Of a stretch of 35,691 bases of DNA, positions 16,351 to 25,599 are shown piece after piece. The first letter of the stretch is position 1. Each line of letters begins with the position of its first letter. The position numbers and the translations under genes were made by a program. The notes below the pieces were generated by a model, which worked only from the letters and a program-made list of their open reading frames with translations, did no database searches and was not told the DNA's origin. Source of the DNA: a virus (taxonomy: Duplodnaviria > Caudoviricetes); the IMG/VR virus record IMGVR_UViG_3300027764_000014, positions 1 through 35,691 of that record; one strand, 5' to 3'.

Positions 16351-17399
16351 TAATTTATAATCATTCTAAATAAGCACACCTTTAAAAAAACTTATCTTAA
16401 ATGCTTGCATATTAATAAAAGTTTTACCTTTTTTCTAATTACAATTTATACCCCTTTATTACACTATTAAGTATACTATATCATTACACTAATAAGTATA
16501 CTATATAGTGTACTTAAAGAGTATTCTATCCTTTCTCTTTGTTTTCTTTGCTTACTTTCTTTTATTTCTCTTTGTCGTTTATCCAGGTTATTTGACCGTA
16601 TAAACTTATAAACCTATTAACCCTTATAAACCCCCTATTTTGTTTCTGTTGCACTATCTTAGTGCTTCGCTTATGTTTCCCTATCCAAGCTATTAAAGTC
16701 CTTTAAACTCAAAGTATGGGGCTTTAAATTCAATCCTTATTCTATTTAGATTCAGTCTAAATAAGTAACCCCTTTGTTATGTGGATTGAGTCTAAATAAA
16801 TACATTTTGTAGCTATTTAGGTTGAGTCTATACAACATATACCCCATGTAATTAGTATTCTATTTGTAGTCCCTTTGCTATCCTTTGCTTTGCTTTTTTG
16901 TTATGCTTTGGTGTGACTGATTGACCAAATGTAACCAGATAGATTAACAAGTGTAAAACCAATTTATTAAAGTGGTGTAAAGGATAGGAAACCCTGAAAA
17001 GGTAGGGTGGCTACCCCCCGACTACCACCTTTCTTATTGGTGTACCCTATTGATACCTACACTATACCACCTTAATAGGTATGTTATTGGGTGTTTCTGT
17101 GGTGTATGGGAGCATTTGAGGGGGTGTACCCCAAAAGGTGTGGAGCAAAAGGGGTAGGGGGTGATTGGTCGGGGTATCCAACAAAAAAAACCTAAGAAAA
17201 TTTGGGTAATACCTGTAAACACCGCAGATAAAAATTAGGTAAAAACAAAGAAATTAGATTGAATCTAAATAAGAAGTGTTATGTTTGTGGTGTAAACATT
17301 ATTAAGACTGAGTCTAAATAAGGCAAAAATCGGGTTTAACTATTAGATAAGAGGTTGGTTATTAAGTAGTTAGGTCTTATTTAGATTCATTACAAATAA
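16351..17399. repeat. Dispersed array of seven Fur-box-like palindromes
   Basis: Copies start at 16351, 16742, 16777, 16813, 17250, 17299 and 17377; consensus TTATTTAGA-nTnAn-TCTAAATAA. Confidence 0.8.
16458..16506. repeat. 24-bp direct repeat (period 25), iteron-like
   Basis: ATTACACTATTAAGTATACTATAT / ATTACACTAATAAGTATACTATAT; 18 bp of it recurs inverted at 17442-17459. Confidence 0.75.
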
Positions 17400-17560
17400 G
17401 AAAAGATATATATTATATTATTATACTCTTTAGTGTACTACTTAGTGTAATGATATAGTGTAATATGTTTTCGGTTAGCCAATTTTAGAAAATGTTTTGA
17501 TTTCTGATTTCGTTTTAAAAAAATACAAACCCAATTTGAAACCCTTTAATAACTACACTT

Positions 17561-18043
17561 ATGAGTGAAGAAAAGAAAAGAGAGGTTCATCCAAATAGTA
17601 TTAAGAACTTAAAGCCTGTTCAAAAGGGTGAGGTTCGTAATCCTCATGGTAGACCAAAGAGTATGATTCGCAAAGTGATTGAGGAAGCAGGAGATATACT
17701 TGATGTTAAGTTAAGTAGACACGATGTAATGAGTGTTACTGCTTTGGTGCAATCAATGACTGTTAGTGAGATTAAAAGAGTTGCATCTGATTCACAAACC
17801 CCAGGTTTTATTGCAGTAGTAGCCAATGCCATCTTAGGTGACATTAAGAATGGTGAGATGAAGAATACTCAGTTCATGTTAGAATTTCAGCATGGTAAGG
17901 CATTACAAGCCATTCAAATGGAAAAGGTAGTTAGAGAAGATATTATAGACCCAAGACAATTAAGCGATGAAGAAATTAGACAACGACTATCGGAACTTCG
18001 AGAAAGAGATATTGAGGAGAGAGATTTCGAGGAGGTCATTTGA
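17561..18043 (+). CDS. terS: Terminase small subunit
   Basis: NLKP..KG...NP.GRPK N-terminus and LSDEEI C-terminus; overlaps terL. Confidence 0.8.
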   Translation: MSEEKKREVHPNSIKNLKPVQKGEVRNPHGRPKSMIRKVIEEAGDILDVKLSRHDVMSVTALVQSMTVSEIKRVASDSQTPGFIAVVANAILGDIKNGEMKNTQFMLEFQHGKALQAIQMEKVVREDIIDPRQLSDEEIRQRLSELRERDIEERDFEEVI

Positions 18044-19349
18044 TAACTTTGTAAAGTATATCAAGCCCGATTATGATATGCAATGGTTTCACAAAGTTAT
18101 TGCAGACCATTTAGATAAGGTGCTTAATGGAGAGATAAAGAAGTTAATGATATTTGTGCCTCCTCAACATGGGAAGTCTGAATTATCTACTCGTAGCTTT
18201 CCAACTTATGCCTTAGGTAAGAAGCCTAATTTAAAAATTGCTCTTGCATCTTATAACGCAACCTTAGCTGAACAATTTAGTGCTGAGATTCAAAGAAGGA
18301 TTACAAGCGATGAGTATAAAATATTGTTCCCTGATACTCGTGTTAGCGAAAAGAAGGGTGAGGCTATTAGAACTGCTGAGTTTTTTCAAATTGTTGGTAC
18401 AGGTGGTTATTTAAAAGCCGTTGGTCGTGGTGGTTCACTTACTGGAACTGCCGTAGACTTAGGTATTATAGATGACCCCTTAAAAGACCGACAAGAGGCT
18501 CAATCTAACATTATTAAGGAGCAGTTGTGGAATTGGTACACCGATGTGTTCGAAACTCGCTTACATAACGATTCTGCACAAATCATTATTCAAACTCGGT
18601 GGTATGATGATGACTTAGCGGGTCGCTTGCTTGAAAGAGATGATGATTGGACAATTATTGAGTTCCCCGCTATTCGTGAAAGAGCCGAGAATGATTATGA
18701 CCATCGTGTTGAGGGTGAGGCTCTATGGGAGGCTAAACATAGTGCTGAGAAGTTATTAAGGGTTAAAAAGAACGAACCTTTTACTTTTGAATCACTTTAT
18801 CAGCAAAACCCTAAGCCAAGTAGTGAATCCTTGATTTATCATGATTGGCAAGTATGTGAGTTCTTTCCAAAAGATGCAGAAGTTATATTTAGTGGTCTTG
18901 ACTTTGGATTCTCTAATGACCCAACTGCTTTGATAAGAATTGCGAAAATTGGTAATAAGTTGTACCTTGACGAAGTAATTTACGATAAAGGATTAACTAA
19001 TTCCGATTTGGTTAAAAGGTTAGAAATGTATCCCGATAAAATGGGAGAGATTTATGCCGATAGTGCAGACCCTAAATCTATTGAGGAATTACGCAGGGCG
19101 GGTGTCAAAGTTCTTAAAGCAGTAAAAGGGAACGATTCCGTTAATGCTGGTATTAGTAAATTGCGGGAGTATGAAGTGTATTATACTCGCAGGTCAAAGA
19201 ATATCAAAAAAGAAGTGGACAATTATCAATGGCTAACAGTTGGTGGTAAACCAATCAATAAACCGATAGATGATTTTAACCACGCACTTGATGCTATTAG
19301 ATATGCGATTTATACGAAGTATTCTAAAAAGAAACTCTTAATTTTTTAA
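17967..19349 (+). CDS. terL: Terminase large subunit
   Basis: PPQHGKS Walker A, IIDDP Walker B, TRW..DDL.G, GLDFGF..DP and NH.LDA.RY motifs. Confidence 0.95.
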   Translation: MKKLDNDYRNFEKEILRREISRRSFDNFVKYIKPDYDMQWFHKVIADHLDKVLNGEIKKLMIFVPPQHGKSELSTRSFPTYALGKKPNLKIALASYNATLAEQFSAEIQRRITSDEYKILFPDTRVSEKKGEAIRTAEFFQIVGTGGYLKAVGRGGSLTGTAVDLGIIDDPLKDRQEAQSNIIKEQLWNWYTDVFETRLHNDSAQIIIQTRWYDDDLAGRLLERDDDWTIIEFPAIRERAENDYDHRVEGEALWEAKHSAEKLLRVKKNEPFTFESLYQQNPKPSSESLIYHDWQVCEFFPKDAEVIFSGLDFGFSNDPTALIRIAKIGNKLYLDEVIYDKGLTNSDLVKRLEMYPDKMGEIYADSADPKSIEELRRAGVKVLKAVKGNDSVNAGISKLREYEVYYTRRSKNIKKEVDNYQWLTVGGKPINKPIDDFNHALDAIRYAIYTKYSKKKLLIF

Positions 19350-19352
19350 ACA

Positions 19353-20726
19353 ATGGGATTATTTGATTTTTTAACTGGCAAGAAAGCCGTAAATGTGTCT
19401 GCCCAACCTGGCAAGCAACAACAATTTTTTTTAGGTGGTCAAACCTATTCTTTGTATAATGCTGATTATCGTAATGCGATAATGAATGGCTATGAGAAGA
19501 ATGTGGATGTTTATGCCATTATTAGTGATATTGCCTCTCGTGCAGTAGAAGTACCGATTGAACTATATCAATCAAGCAAAGTTGATATTAAGAAGGCAGA
19601 GAGATACAAATCTTTGTTAATGCGACCAAATGATAGAAGTATCATGGAAGCTAACTTAATTAAGAAAAACAACTTAAAAGAATTAGAAGAACATCCTATT
19701 TTGCAATTGTTAAGACAACCTAACAGTTATCAAACTACAAAGGAGTTTTTTGAATCAATTTTCTCTTATTACTTACTTTTGGGTGATGTTGGTATTTATG
19801 CTGAAGAAGACCCATTAAGAAAAGGTAAGATTGCAAGACTTCATGTTATTGCAGCAAATGATTACCAAATCGTAACTGATGGATTTCGTACTATTGTTGG
19901 GTATAATATTTTTTCTTTAAATGCTAAGAATGTAGACCCTAAGTATTTCTTATCTTTCCGTTCATTTAATCCAAACGAAACCAACTTTACTTCGATACCT
20001 CGTGGATTCTCTCCATTACAGGCAGGCTCAAATGTTTTGCAAAAAGCAAACTCTGGAGAAGAAGTTGCAATTGAGAATTACGAAACTCGTGGTGCAGTAG
20101 GTATGCTTTATACTGATGACCCTAATGTTCAAGATATTAGTGGTTCAGGATACCAAGATTTACAAGACCGAGTTTATGATAAAGTTTATAACTCTGCTAA
20201 CCAAGGTCGTATTGCTTTCTCAAATACTAAAATGGGTTATTTGAAATTATCTACAAGCAACATTGATTTAGACCTTCGCCAAATGAGCAAGTTGTCTACT
20301 GAGCAGTTGTGTCGTTTATGGCATTACCCTTATGTGCTTTTAAACTCAGATAACTTAACTGAAAGCAACTTAGCACACTTTATTCGCAGAATGATTATTA
20401 ACTGTGTTATTCCTTTGCAATCTAAGGTGTTAGAGAAAATGCTTGCTTGGTTGTCGCCAACAATGAACATTAACCCTGCTCAATACATTTTGCGTTTTGA
20501 TGTTGATGCTTACCCTGAGATGAAGCAAAACTTTTTAGATGCAGCTTCTATTCTTGAGAAACTTGATGGTGTTCTTACTCAAGATGAGAAAAGAGTGTTT
20601 ATGGACTTTGAGCCAACTAACGACCCAATTATGCAAAGTGTTTATATTAAATCAAATCAAGTGCCAATCGGTAGTTTAAATATTGACCCTACCATTATTG
20701 GTTCTCCAATTATAGATGAAGATTAA
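19353..20726 (+). CDS. Portal protein (HK97 family)
   Basis: Position after terL; LL..PN..QT..EF, G.SPL and LT.DE.R motifs. Confidence 0.9.
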   Translation: MGLFDFLTGKKAVNVSAQPGKQQQFFLGGQTYSLYNADYRNAIMNGYEKNVDVYAIISDIASRAVEVPIELYQSSKVDIKKAERYKSLLMRPNDRSIMEANLIKKNNLKELEEHPILQLLRQPNSYQTTKEFFESIFSYYLLLGDVGIYAEEDPLRKGKIARLHVIAANDYQIVTDGFRTIVGYNIFSLNAKNVDPKYFLSFRSFNPNETNFTSIPRGFSPLQAGSNVLQKANSGEEVAIENYETRGAVGMLYTDDPNVQDISGSGYQDLQDRVYDKVYNSANQGRIAFSNTKMGYLKLSTSNIDLDLRQMSKLSTEQLCRLWHYPYVLLNSDNLTESNLAHFIRRMIINCVIPLQSKVLEKMLAWLSPTMNINPAQYILRFDVDAYPEMKQNFLDAASILEKLDGVLTQDEKRVFMDFEPTNDPIMQSVYIKSNQVPIGSLNIDPTIIGSPIIDED

Positions 20727-20727
20727 T

Positions 20728-20865
20728 ATGGATTATATAAATTCAATTATATTAATAGTTAGTGTAGTAGGTTCTTTCTTGCTTGGGTTCATGATTACTT
20801 ATGAGCCTGAGCATAAAAGAATTGAACGCAAAAAAGTTGAACGCATATTTCGAACAAAAAAATGA
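20728..20865 (+). CDS. Small membrane protein (45 aa, not in ORF track)
   Basis: MDYINSIILIVSVVGSFLLGFMITYEPEHKRIERKKVERIFRTKK; starts 1 nt after the portal stop and overlaps the next gene by ATGA. Confidence 0.6.
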   Translation: MDYINSIILIVSVVGSFLLGFMITYEPEHKRIERKKVERIFRTKK

Positions 20866-21593
20866 ACGAAAAACAATATATTCGTGCTTGGTCAAGAAGA
20901 CAAGATATGAATGAAAGAGGTTTTTATGCTTTTCTTCAAACAAAGTTAAACATTGAAACAAAGGAGTACATTAAAAGTCTTGATGGGAGAAATCCAAATA
21001 CTTTTTATATAACATCACACTTTAGTGACAAGTGGATGATGGAAATATTAAAAGATGCTTATTTAAAGTTTGGAAGAAAGCAAAATGAGTTCCTTAATGG
21101 CACAAATAAAAAAGCTGAAGATGATGAGTTTAGTAACGCATGGTCTTTGCTTGTTCTTTTGCTTTTTAACAACATAGTAGAGTTTATTGTGATACTTGGT
21201 ATCATTAGAACAATTAAGAACGATATAAAGCTATTTGTAGAAGATAAAGTTAGTCGTGGAATACCAACAAGTGCAATAATTACTTTACTTGCATTATACC
21301 TAACTCAAAAAAATGTTATTAGGGCTCAAACAATTGCAAGGACTGAAATTACAAAGATTATGAATCTTGCAAGTTTGGAGTGGGCAAAACTTGAGAAAAA
21401 AGAATTAAAGAAAAAGTGGATAGTAACAATGGATGGAAGGGAAAGAGCAAGTCATGGTGCAATGGCAGATTACCCTGCTATAAATTTTTCTGATAAGTTT
21501 ATTGTTGGTGGTTTTCCTATGGATGCCCCAGGAGATTCATCTGCTCCAGTATCCGAGTTAGTAAATTGTAGATGTGGAGTAATGTTCATATAG
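20862..21593 (+). CDS. Minor head/head morphogenesis protein (SPP1 gp7/Mu gpF-like)
   Basis: RA..IARTE, K.W....D.R.R.SH and PGD......E.VNCRC motifs. Confidence 0.85.
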   Translation: MNEKQYIRAWSRRQDMNERGFYAFLQTKLNIETKEYIKSLDGRNPNTFYITSHFSDKWMMEILKDAYLKFGRKQNEFLNGTNKKAEDDEFSNAWSLLVLLLFNNIVEFIVILGIIRTIKNDIKLFVEDKVSRGIPTSAIITLLALYLTQKNVIRAQTIARTEITKIMNLASLEWAKLEKKELKKKWIVTMDGRERASHGAMADYPAINFSDKFIVGGFPMDAPGDSSAPVSELVNCRCGVMFI

Positions 21594-21623
21594 TTTGGTA
21601 ATTATTAATTTTTGTTATATTTG
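21594..21623 (+). promoter_or_regulatory. Promoter for protease/capsid genes
   Basis: TTTG-N18-TATATTTG. Confidence 0.6.
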
Positions 21624-21640
21624 CAAATATTGAATTAGAT

Positions 21641-22369
21641 ATGAGAGATTATAAAATAAAGTCATTAGGAGAAGTTACTGAGGTAGATTTTGAAAAGCGA
21701 ATCGTTACAGGTTATGCTGCTAAGTTCGGTAACATTGATTTACATGGTGATATGATAATGCCTGGTGCATTTACAAAAACCATTAAAGAAAGAGGTGTAG
21801 ATGGCAAGAATGAAATTTGGTTCTTACATGACCATGATTCATCTAAACCTCTTGGAAAGCCACAAGTATTAAAGGAAGATTCTTTTGGTCTTTACTTTGA
21901 AGCTAAAATTGTTGATACCGAAGTTGGTGAGGATATTCTTAAACTTTATGAAGAAGGTTTAATTAATCAGCACTCAATTGGGTTTTCTACAATTAAAGAA
22001 AATAAAGTTGAGCCGAAAGGTTCTGCTCCTTATTACGAAATTCAAGAGGTTAAGTTATTTGAATTTTCTTCAGTTTTATGGGCTGCAAATCCTGATACAC
22101 CATTTATGGGTCTAAAGAATTTAGATTCAAATGGTTTAAGAGAAAGATTTGATAAGCTATACAAAATGCTGAGAAAAGGAAATTTAAAAGATGAAACCTA
22201 TGAATTGTTAGAAATTGAGTATAACTTTATCAAGTCGGAAATGTTCAAGCTAATTGATAGCAGAGAGAAGTCGGAAATTATCACCACTCTTGAAGATGTT
22301 AATCCAGAAGAATTAATCCAAAAACAACAATTAGAATTTTTACAACAATTAAAAAACTCGTTTAAATAA
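21641..22369 (+). CDS. Prohead protease (HK97 family)
   Basis: GYAA.FG..D..GD....GAF, L.DH, SIGF and L.E.S.V...ANP motifs. Confidence 0.9.
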   Translation: MRDYKIKSLGEVTEVDFEKRIVTGYAAKFGNIDLHGDMIMPGAFTKTIKERGVDGKNEIWFLHDHDSSKPLGKPQVLKEDSFGLYFEAKIVDTEVGEDILKLYEEGLINQHSIGFSTIKENKVEPKGSAPYYEIQEVKLFEFSSVLWAANPDTPFMGLKNLDSNGLRERFDKLYKMLRKGNLKDETYELLEIEYNFIKSEMFKLIDSREKSEIITTLEDVNPEELIQKQQLEFLQQLKNSFK

Positions 22370-23553
22370 TGGAGGATATTAAAAAATTAGTTGAGGAAGT
22401 AAAAGGCGACCTTAACGAGATGATTCAAAAAGGTGTTAGTCGTGAAATCGAAGGTTTAAACATCGATGATTTGACTAACCAAGTAAAGAATGCAGGTGAG
22501 AAATATGCCTCATTAGAAGAAAAATTAGGTTTAGTAGAAAAAGGATTGTCTGATGCAATCTTGGATGTTCGTGCTAAAAATGTAGAAACTGTAAGCGAAT
22601 CTGATTTGCATAAAGTATTCTCTGAGAATGTAGGACAATTTAAATCATTAGAACGCGTTTCTAAAGGTGGTTTTTCTTTGAACACTAAGGCAGTTGGTAC
22701 AATGACTTTGCCTGTAAACATTGGTTCTGATTGGGCTTCTAAGATTGCAGGTTTGTCAAACACAATCTTAACTGACCCTTTGCGTACAATTCACTTGAGA
22801 GATTTGATGCGTACTTCTGTAATTGAGCAGAATGGTGTATTTAAGTTTGCTAAGAAAAGTGGTGGAGAAGGTGCAGTAGGTATCCAAACTGAAGGTTCAT
22901 CTAAGTCACAAATTGATTACGACTTTACTATCAGCGAAGTAACTCCAAAGACTATCGCAGTATTTTCTCGTATCTCTAAGCAGATGTTATCTCGTTTAAG
23001 CTGGTTACAAAACTTTGTATCTACTCAAATGGTAACTGATTTGCAGAACTTCGAAGATGACCAATTGATGGACATCGCTGGAACTTCTGATTTCTCAGGT
23101 TTGTGGGAAAATGCAACTACTTATGTACCTTCAGGTTCAGTAGTAGCAGGTTCTAACCGTTGGGATAAGTTGGCTAACGCAGTTGCTCAACTTCGTGCTG
23201 CTCGTTTTACTCCAAATGCAATCTTGGTTAATCCAATTGACCAAATGGAATTGTTGATTAACAAGGAGTCTGGTGCTGGTTATTCATTCCCTGCATTAAT
23301 TGCAAGTGGTAACTTATCAGTAGCTGGTGTACCTGTAATTGCAACTGACATCATGCCTGTTAATTCATTCATGGTAGCTGACTTAGCAAAAGGTGCTGAA
23401 TTATTGTTCGAAGATAACATCAATACTGAGTTCTCTTACGAAGATGCTGACAACTTTACTAAGAACTTGGTTACAGTTCGTGTTGAGGAGTCTGTTGCTT
23501 TACCAATCTATTACGGTTCAGCAATGAGAAAAGGTACTTTTGTAGTAGCATAA
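22369..23553 (+). CDS. Major capsid protein (HK97 fold)
   Basis: N-terminal coiled delta domain; EG..K, N.I.VNP.D, G.PV and F.KN.VT.R.E motifs. Confidence 0.92.
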   Translation: MEDIKKLVEEVKGDLNEMIQKGVSREIEGLNIDDLTNQVKNAGEKYASLEEKLGLVEKGLSDAILDVRAKNVETVSESDLHKVFSENVGQFKSLERVSKGGFSLNTKAVGTMTLPVNIGSDWASKIAGLSNTILTDPLRTIHLRDLMRTSVIEQNGVFKFAKKSGGEGAVGIQTEGSSKSQIDYDFTISEVTPKTIAVFSRISKQMLSRLSWLQNFVSTQMVTDLQNFEDDQLMDIAGTSDFSGLWENATTYVPSGSVVAGSNRWDKLANAVAQLRAARFTPNAILVNPIDQMELLINKESGAGYSFPALIASGNLSVAGVPVIATDIMPVNSFMVADLAKGAELLFEDNINTEFSYEDADNFTKNLVTVRVEESVALPIYYGSAMRKGTFVVA

Positions 23554-23586
23554 TTTATCTTTTTTGTTTGTTTTGTGTTAATTATG

Positions 23587-23624
23587 TAAGCCTACTTCCC
23601 ATGAGAACAGTAGGCTTATTTTTT
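23587..23624 (+). terminator. Intrinsic terminator after capsid gene
   Basis: TAAGCCTACT...AGTAGGCTTA plus T6. Confidence 0.8.
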
Positions 23625-23645
23625 AAAAAACTAAATTAAATTATA

Positions 23646-23843
23646 ATGGCAAAAGTAAAAGTATTAAGCATTTTCCATGATTTGGATACAAATATGCTAA
23701 GAATGCCTGGTGACATCGTTGAATGTACAAATGCTCGTGCAGATGTTTTTAATGAAAAGAATCTTGCAGAAATTATTGAGAAAGATTCTGAGATTAAACC
23801 TAAAGAGGATAAATCAGAGAAACCTTTATATAAGAAGAAATAA
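23646..23843 (+). CDS. Small head-associated protein
   Basis: 65 aa with F.D......R..GD..E....RA pattern; typical position after MCP. Confidence 0.6.
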   Translation: MAKVKVLSIFHDLDTNMLRMPGDIVECTNARADVFNEKNLAEIIEKDSEIKPKEDKSEKPLYKKK

Positions 23844-24379
23844 TGGCTTACGACTTAGAAGGAGTTAAGACACAAGGAATGGATTTGGTGGTAACATCAG
23901 ATTCATTACCTATTCCTATTAGTTTGTCTATTGTAAAAGAACACTTAAATGTGGATTTTAACGACCAAGACACAAAGATTACTGCTTTATTAGCAAGTGC
24001 TTTTCGTGAGGTGGAATTGTTTACTGAGTGTGGACTAAAGACTAAAACAGTTAGACTTTCTTACACGCAAATTAACGGTACTGTTTTATTACCTTATAAT
24101 CCAGTTCAATCTATCACTTCGGTGTTTGATTTAGATGGGAAAGCACTTGTATTAGATACTGATTATGAGTTAAGTGGAGAAAAGAATAAGCTTAGTGCTT
24201 ATAGTGCAGCAGGTATTAAAGTAACTTATGTTTGTGGATATACATCTTTACCTAAAGATTTAGAAAATGCAATTCTTGATATTGTTGCAATAGATTTTGA
24301 TAATAAGGTTGAAGATAAAAGATTGGCATTAAAAGCAGTTAAGGACAGAATTAGACATTATCGCCCTGTTTATGTATAA
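23843..24379 (+). CDS. Head-tail connector (gp6-like)
   Basis: VKEHL.VD...D..I..L, LP..PV.SI.SV and Y.CGY..LP.DL..AIL motifs. Confidence 0.85.
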   Translation: MAYDLEGVKTQGMDLVVTSDSLPIPISLSIVKEHLNVDFNDQDTKITALLASAFREVELFTECGLKTKTVRLSYTQINGTVLLPYNPVQSITSVFDLDGKALVLDTDYELSGEKNKLSAYSAAGIKVTYVCGYTSLPKDLENAILDIVAIDFDNKVEDKRLALKAVKDRIRHYRPVYV

Positions 24380-24722
24380 TAGACTAAATAGAATAAAAGG
24401 AACATTTAAAAGAAAGCTATCGGGAACTCCAGATGGTGCAGGTGGTTTATCAGGGGTAACTTATTCAAGCTATACCACAAGTATATACTTTGCTGAAACA
24501 AGTTCTTTTTATGGTAACTACGGAGGAATTAGAAACATTGAAAGTTCTAAATTTGGTGTCAATTTATCTTTTGAAGGTGAGATGAGATACAGAGATTCTT
24601 TTATACCTAAGACAACTGATATTCTGGAAGTAAATGGTGTTGAATATACTTTAAGTAGTATTATTGACCCTGATTTTACAAAAACAAAACTTACTTTTAA
24701 AGCAACAAAAAGAAGTGATTAA
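24372..24722 (+). CDS. Head closure/head-tail joining protein
   Basis: DG.GG motif, size and synteny. Confidence 0.7.
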   Translation: MYNRLNRIKGTFKRKLSGTPDGAGGLSGVTYSSYTTSIYFAETSSFYGNYGGIRNIESSKFGVNLSFEGEMRYRDSFIPKTTDILEVNGVEYTLSSIIDPDFTKTKLTFKATKRSD

Positions 24723-25152
24723 ACTAACATTTTCTGGTCTTAAAGTTTTACAAAATAAAATTAATAGGGCACAAACTAAGATTGATAGTAAAATTTATGA
24801 TAATGTGCAAAAAGAAGCAGATTACATAGAGATGAGGTCAAGGTCAAATGCTCCAGTTGATACAGGTGAACTAAGAAGAAGCCAATATCGTGAAGAAAGA
24901 CTTAAAAATAGACATTTAATTATTAAGATTGGTTTTAGAGCTGAATATGCTCCTTTCCAAGAATTTGGTACAGGTAAGCAATTTAGATTAAATGCTGAAT
25001 ATGGAGAATTTTCTGATTTGGCATTAAAATTTAAAAGAGGTACTCCGAGATTGTCAGTAAGACCAAGAAGATACTTTTTACACCACTATATTGTTGCAAG
25101 AAGGAAGTTAAATAGAACAACAAGTACAATAATGAAAAATTTACTAAAATGA
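24715..25152 (+). CDS. HK97 gp10-like tail/neck protein
   Basis: APVDTG.LR.S and YA.F.EFGT motifs; likely GTG start at 24715. Confidence 0.85.
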   Translation: MIKLTFSGLKVLQNKINRAQTKIDSKIYDNVQKEADYIEMRSRSNAPVDTGELRRSQYREERLKNRHLIIKIGFRAEYAPFQEFGTGKQFRLNAEYGEFSDLALKFKRGTPRLSVRPRRYFLHHYIVARRKLNRTTSTIMKNLLK

Positions 25153-25592
25153 TAAATAAGGATAGTGCATTTGATTTACGGAAGGCTTACTTTCAAGCAT
25201 TAAGTGGAATAACTTATAATAGCCAAGCAGTTGGTATTTATGATGAGATTGTTCCAGAAGGTGCAGTATATCCTGTTATTGTTTTAGGAAATCAAATTTC
25301 AAGAGGAGAAAGAAGTAAAGATGGATTTCAAAGAGATTCGACCATTGAGGTTAATGTAATTCAAAGGTATGATTCAAGTGAGGGTGGTAAGAAGCAAGTA
25401 AATGATATTTCAAACTTAATTATTGCAAGAATTGTTACATCTAATAATACTTATGGCTTTAGTCAATACTTAACTTCTTGGCAAGTTATGAATTGTGAAT
25501 ATGAAACAAATTCCGTAATATTACAATTGCCAACAGGATGGCAAGTTGAACAAAGTATAATTTTCAGTCAATTGTTAAATCAATTAAATTAA
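25149..25592 (+). CDS. Tail terminator/completion protein
   Basis: IYD.VP-like motif, YP.I.LG; immediately before the tail tube gene. Confidence 0.75.
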   Translation: MINKDSAFDLRKAYFQALSGITYNSQAVGIYDEIVPEGAVYPVIVLGNQISRGERSKDGFQRDSTIEVNVIQRYDSSEGGKKQVNDISNLIIARIVTSNNTYGFSQYLTSWQVMNCEYETNSVILQLPTGWQVEQSIIFSQLLNQLN

Positions 25593-25599
25593 AAATAAA

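Noticed and set aside
16742-16835. Mini-CRISPR array (three repeats at 35-36 bp period)
   Set aside because: Spacers are only 12-13 nt, repeats are degenerate and dispersed elsewhere, and there are no cas genes. Better explained as protein-binding palindromes.
17034-17222. 62-aa minus-strand ORF in the control region
   Set aside because: Pro-rich by-product of the G-rich tract; atypical composition.
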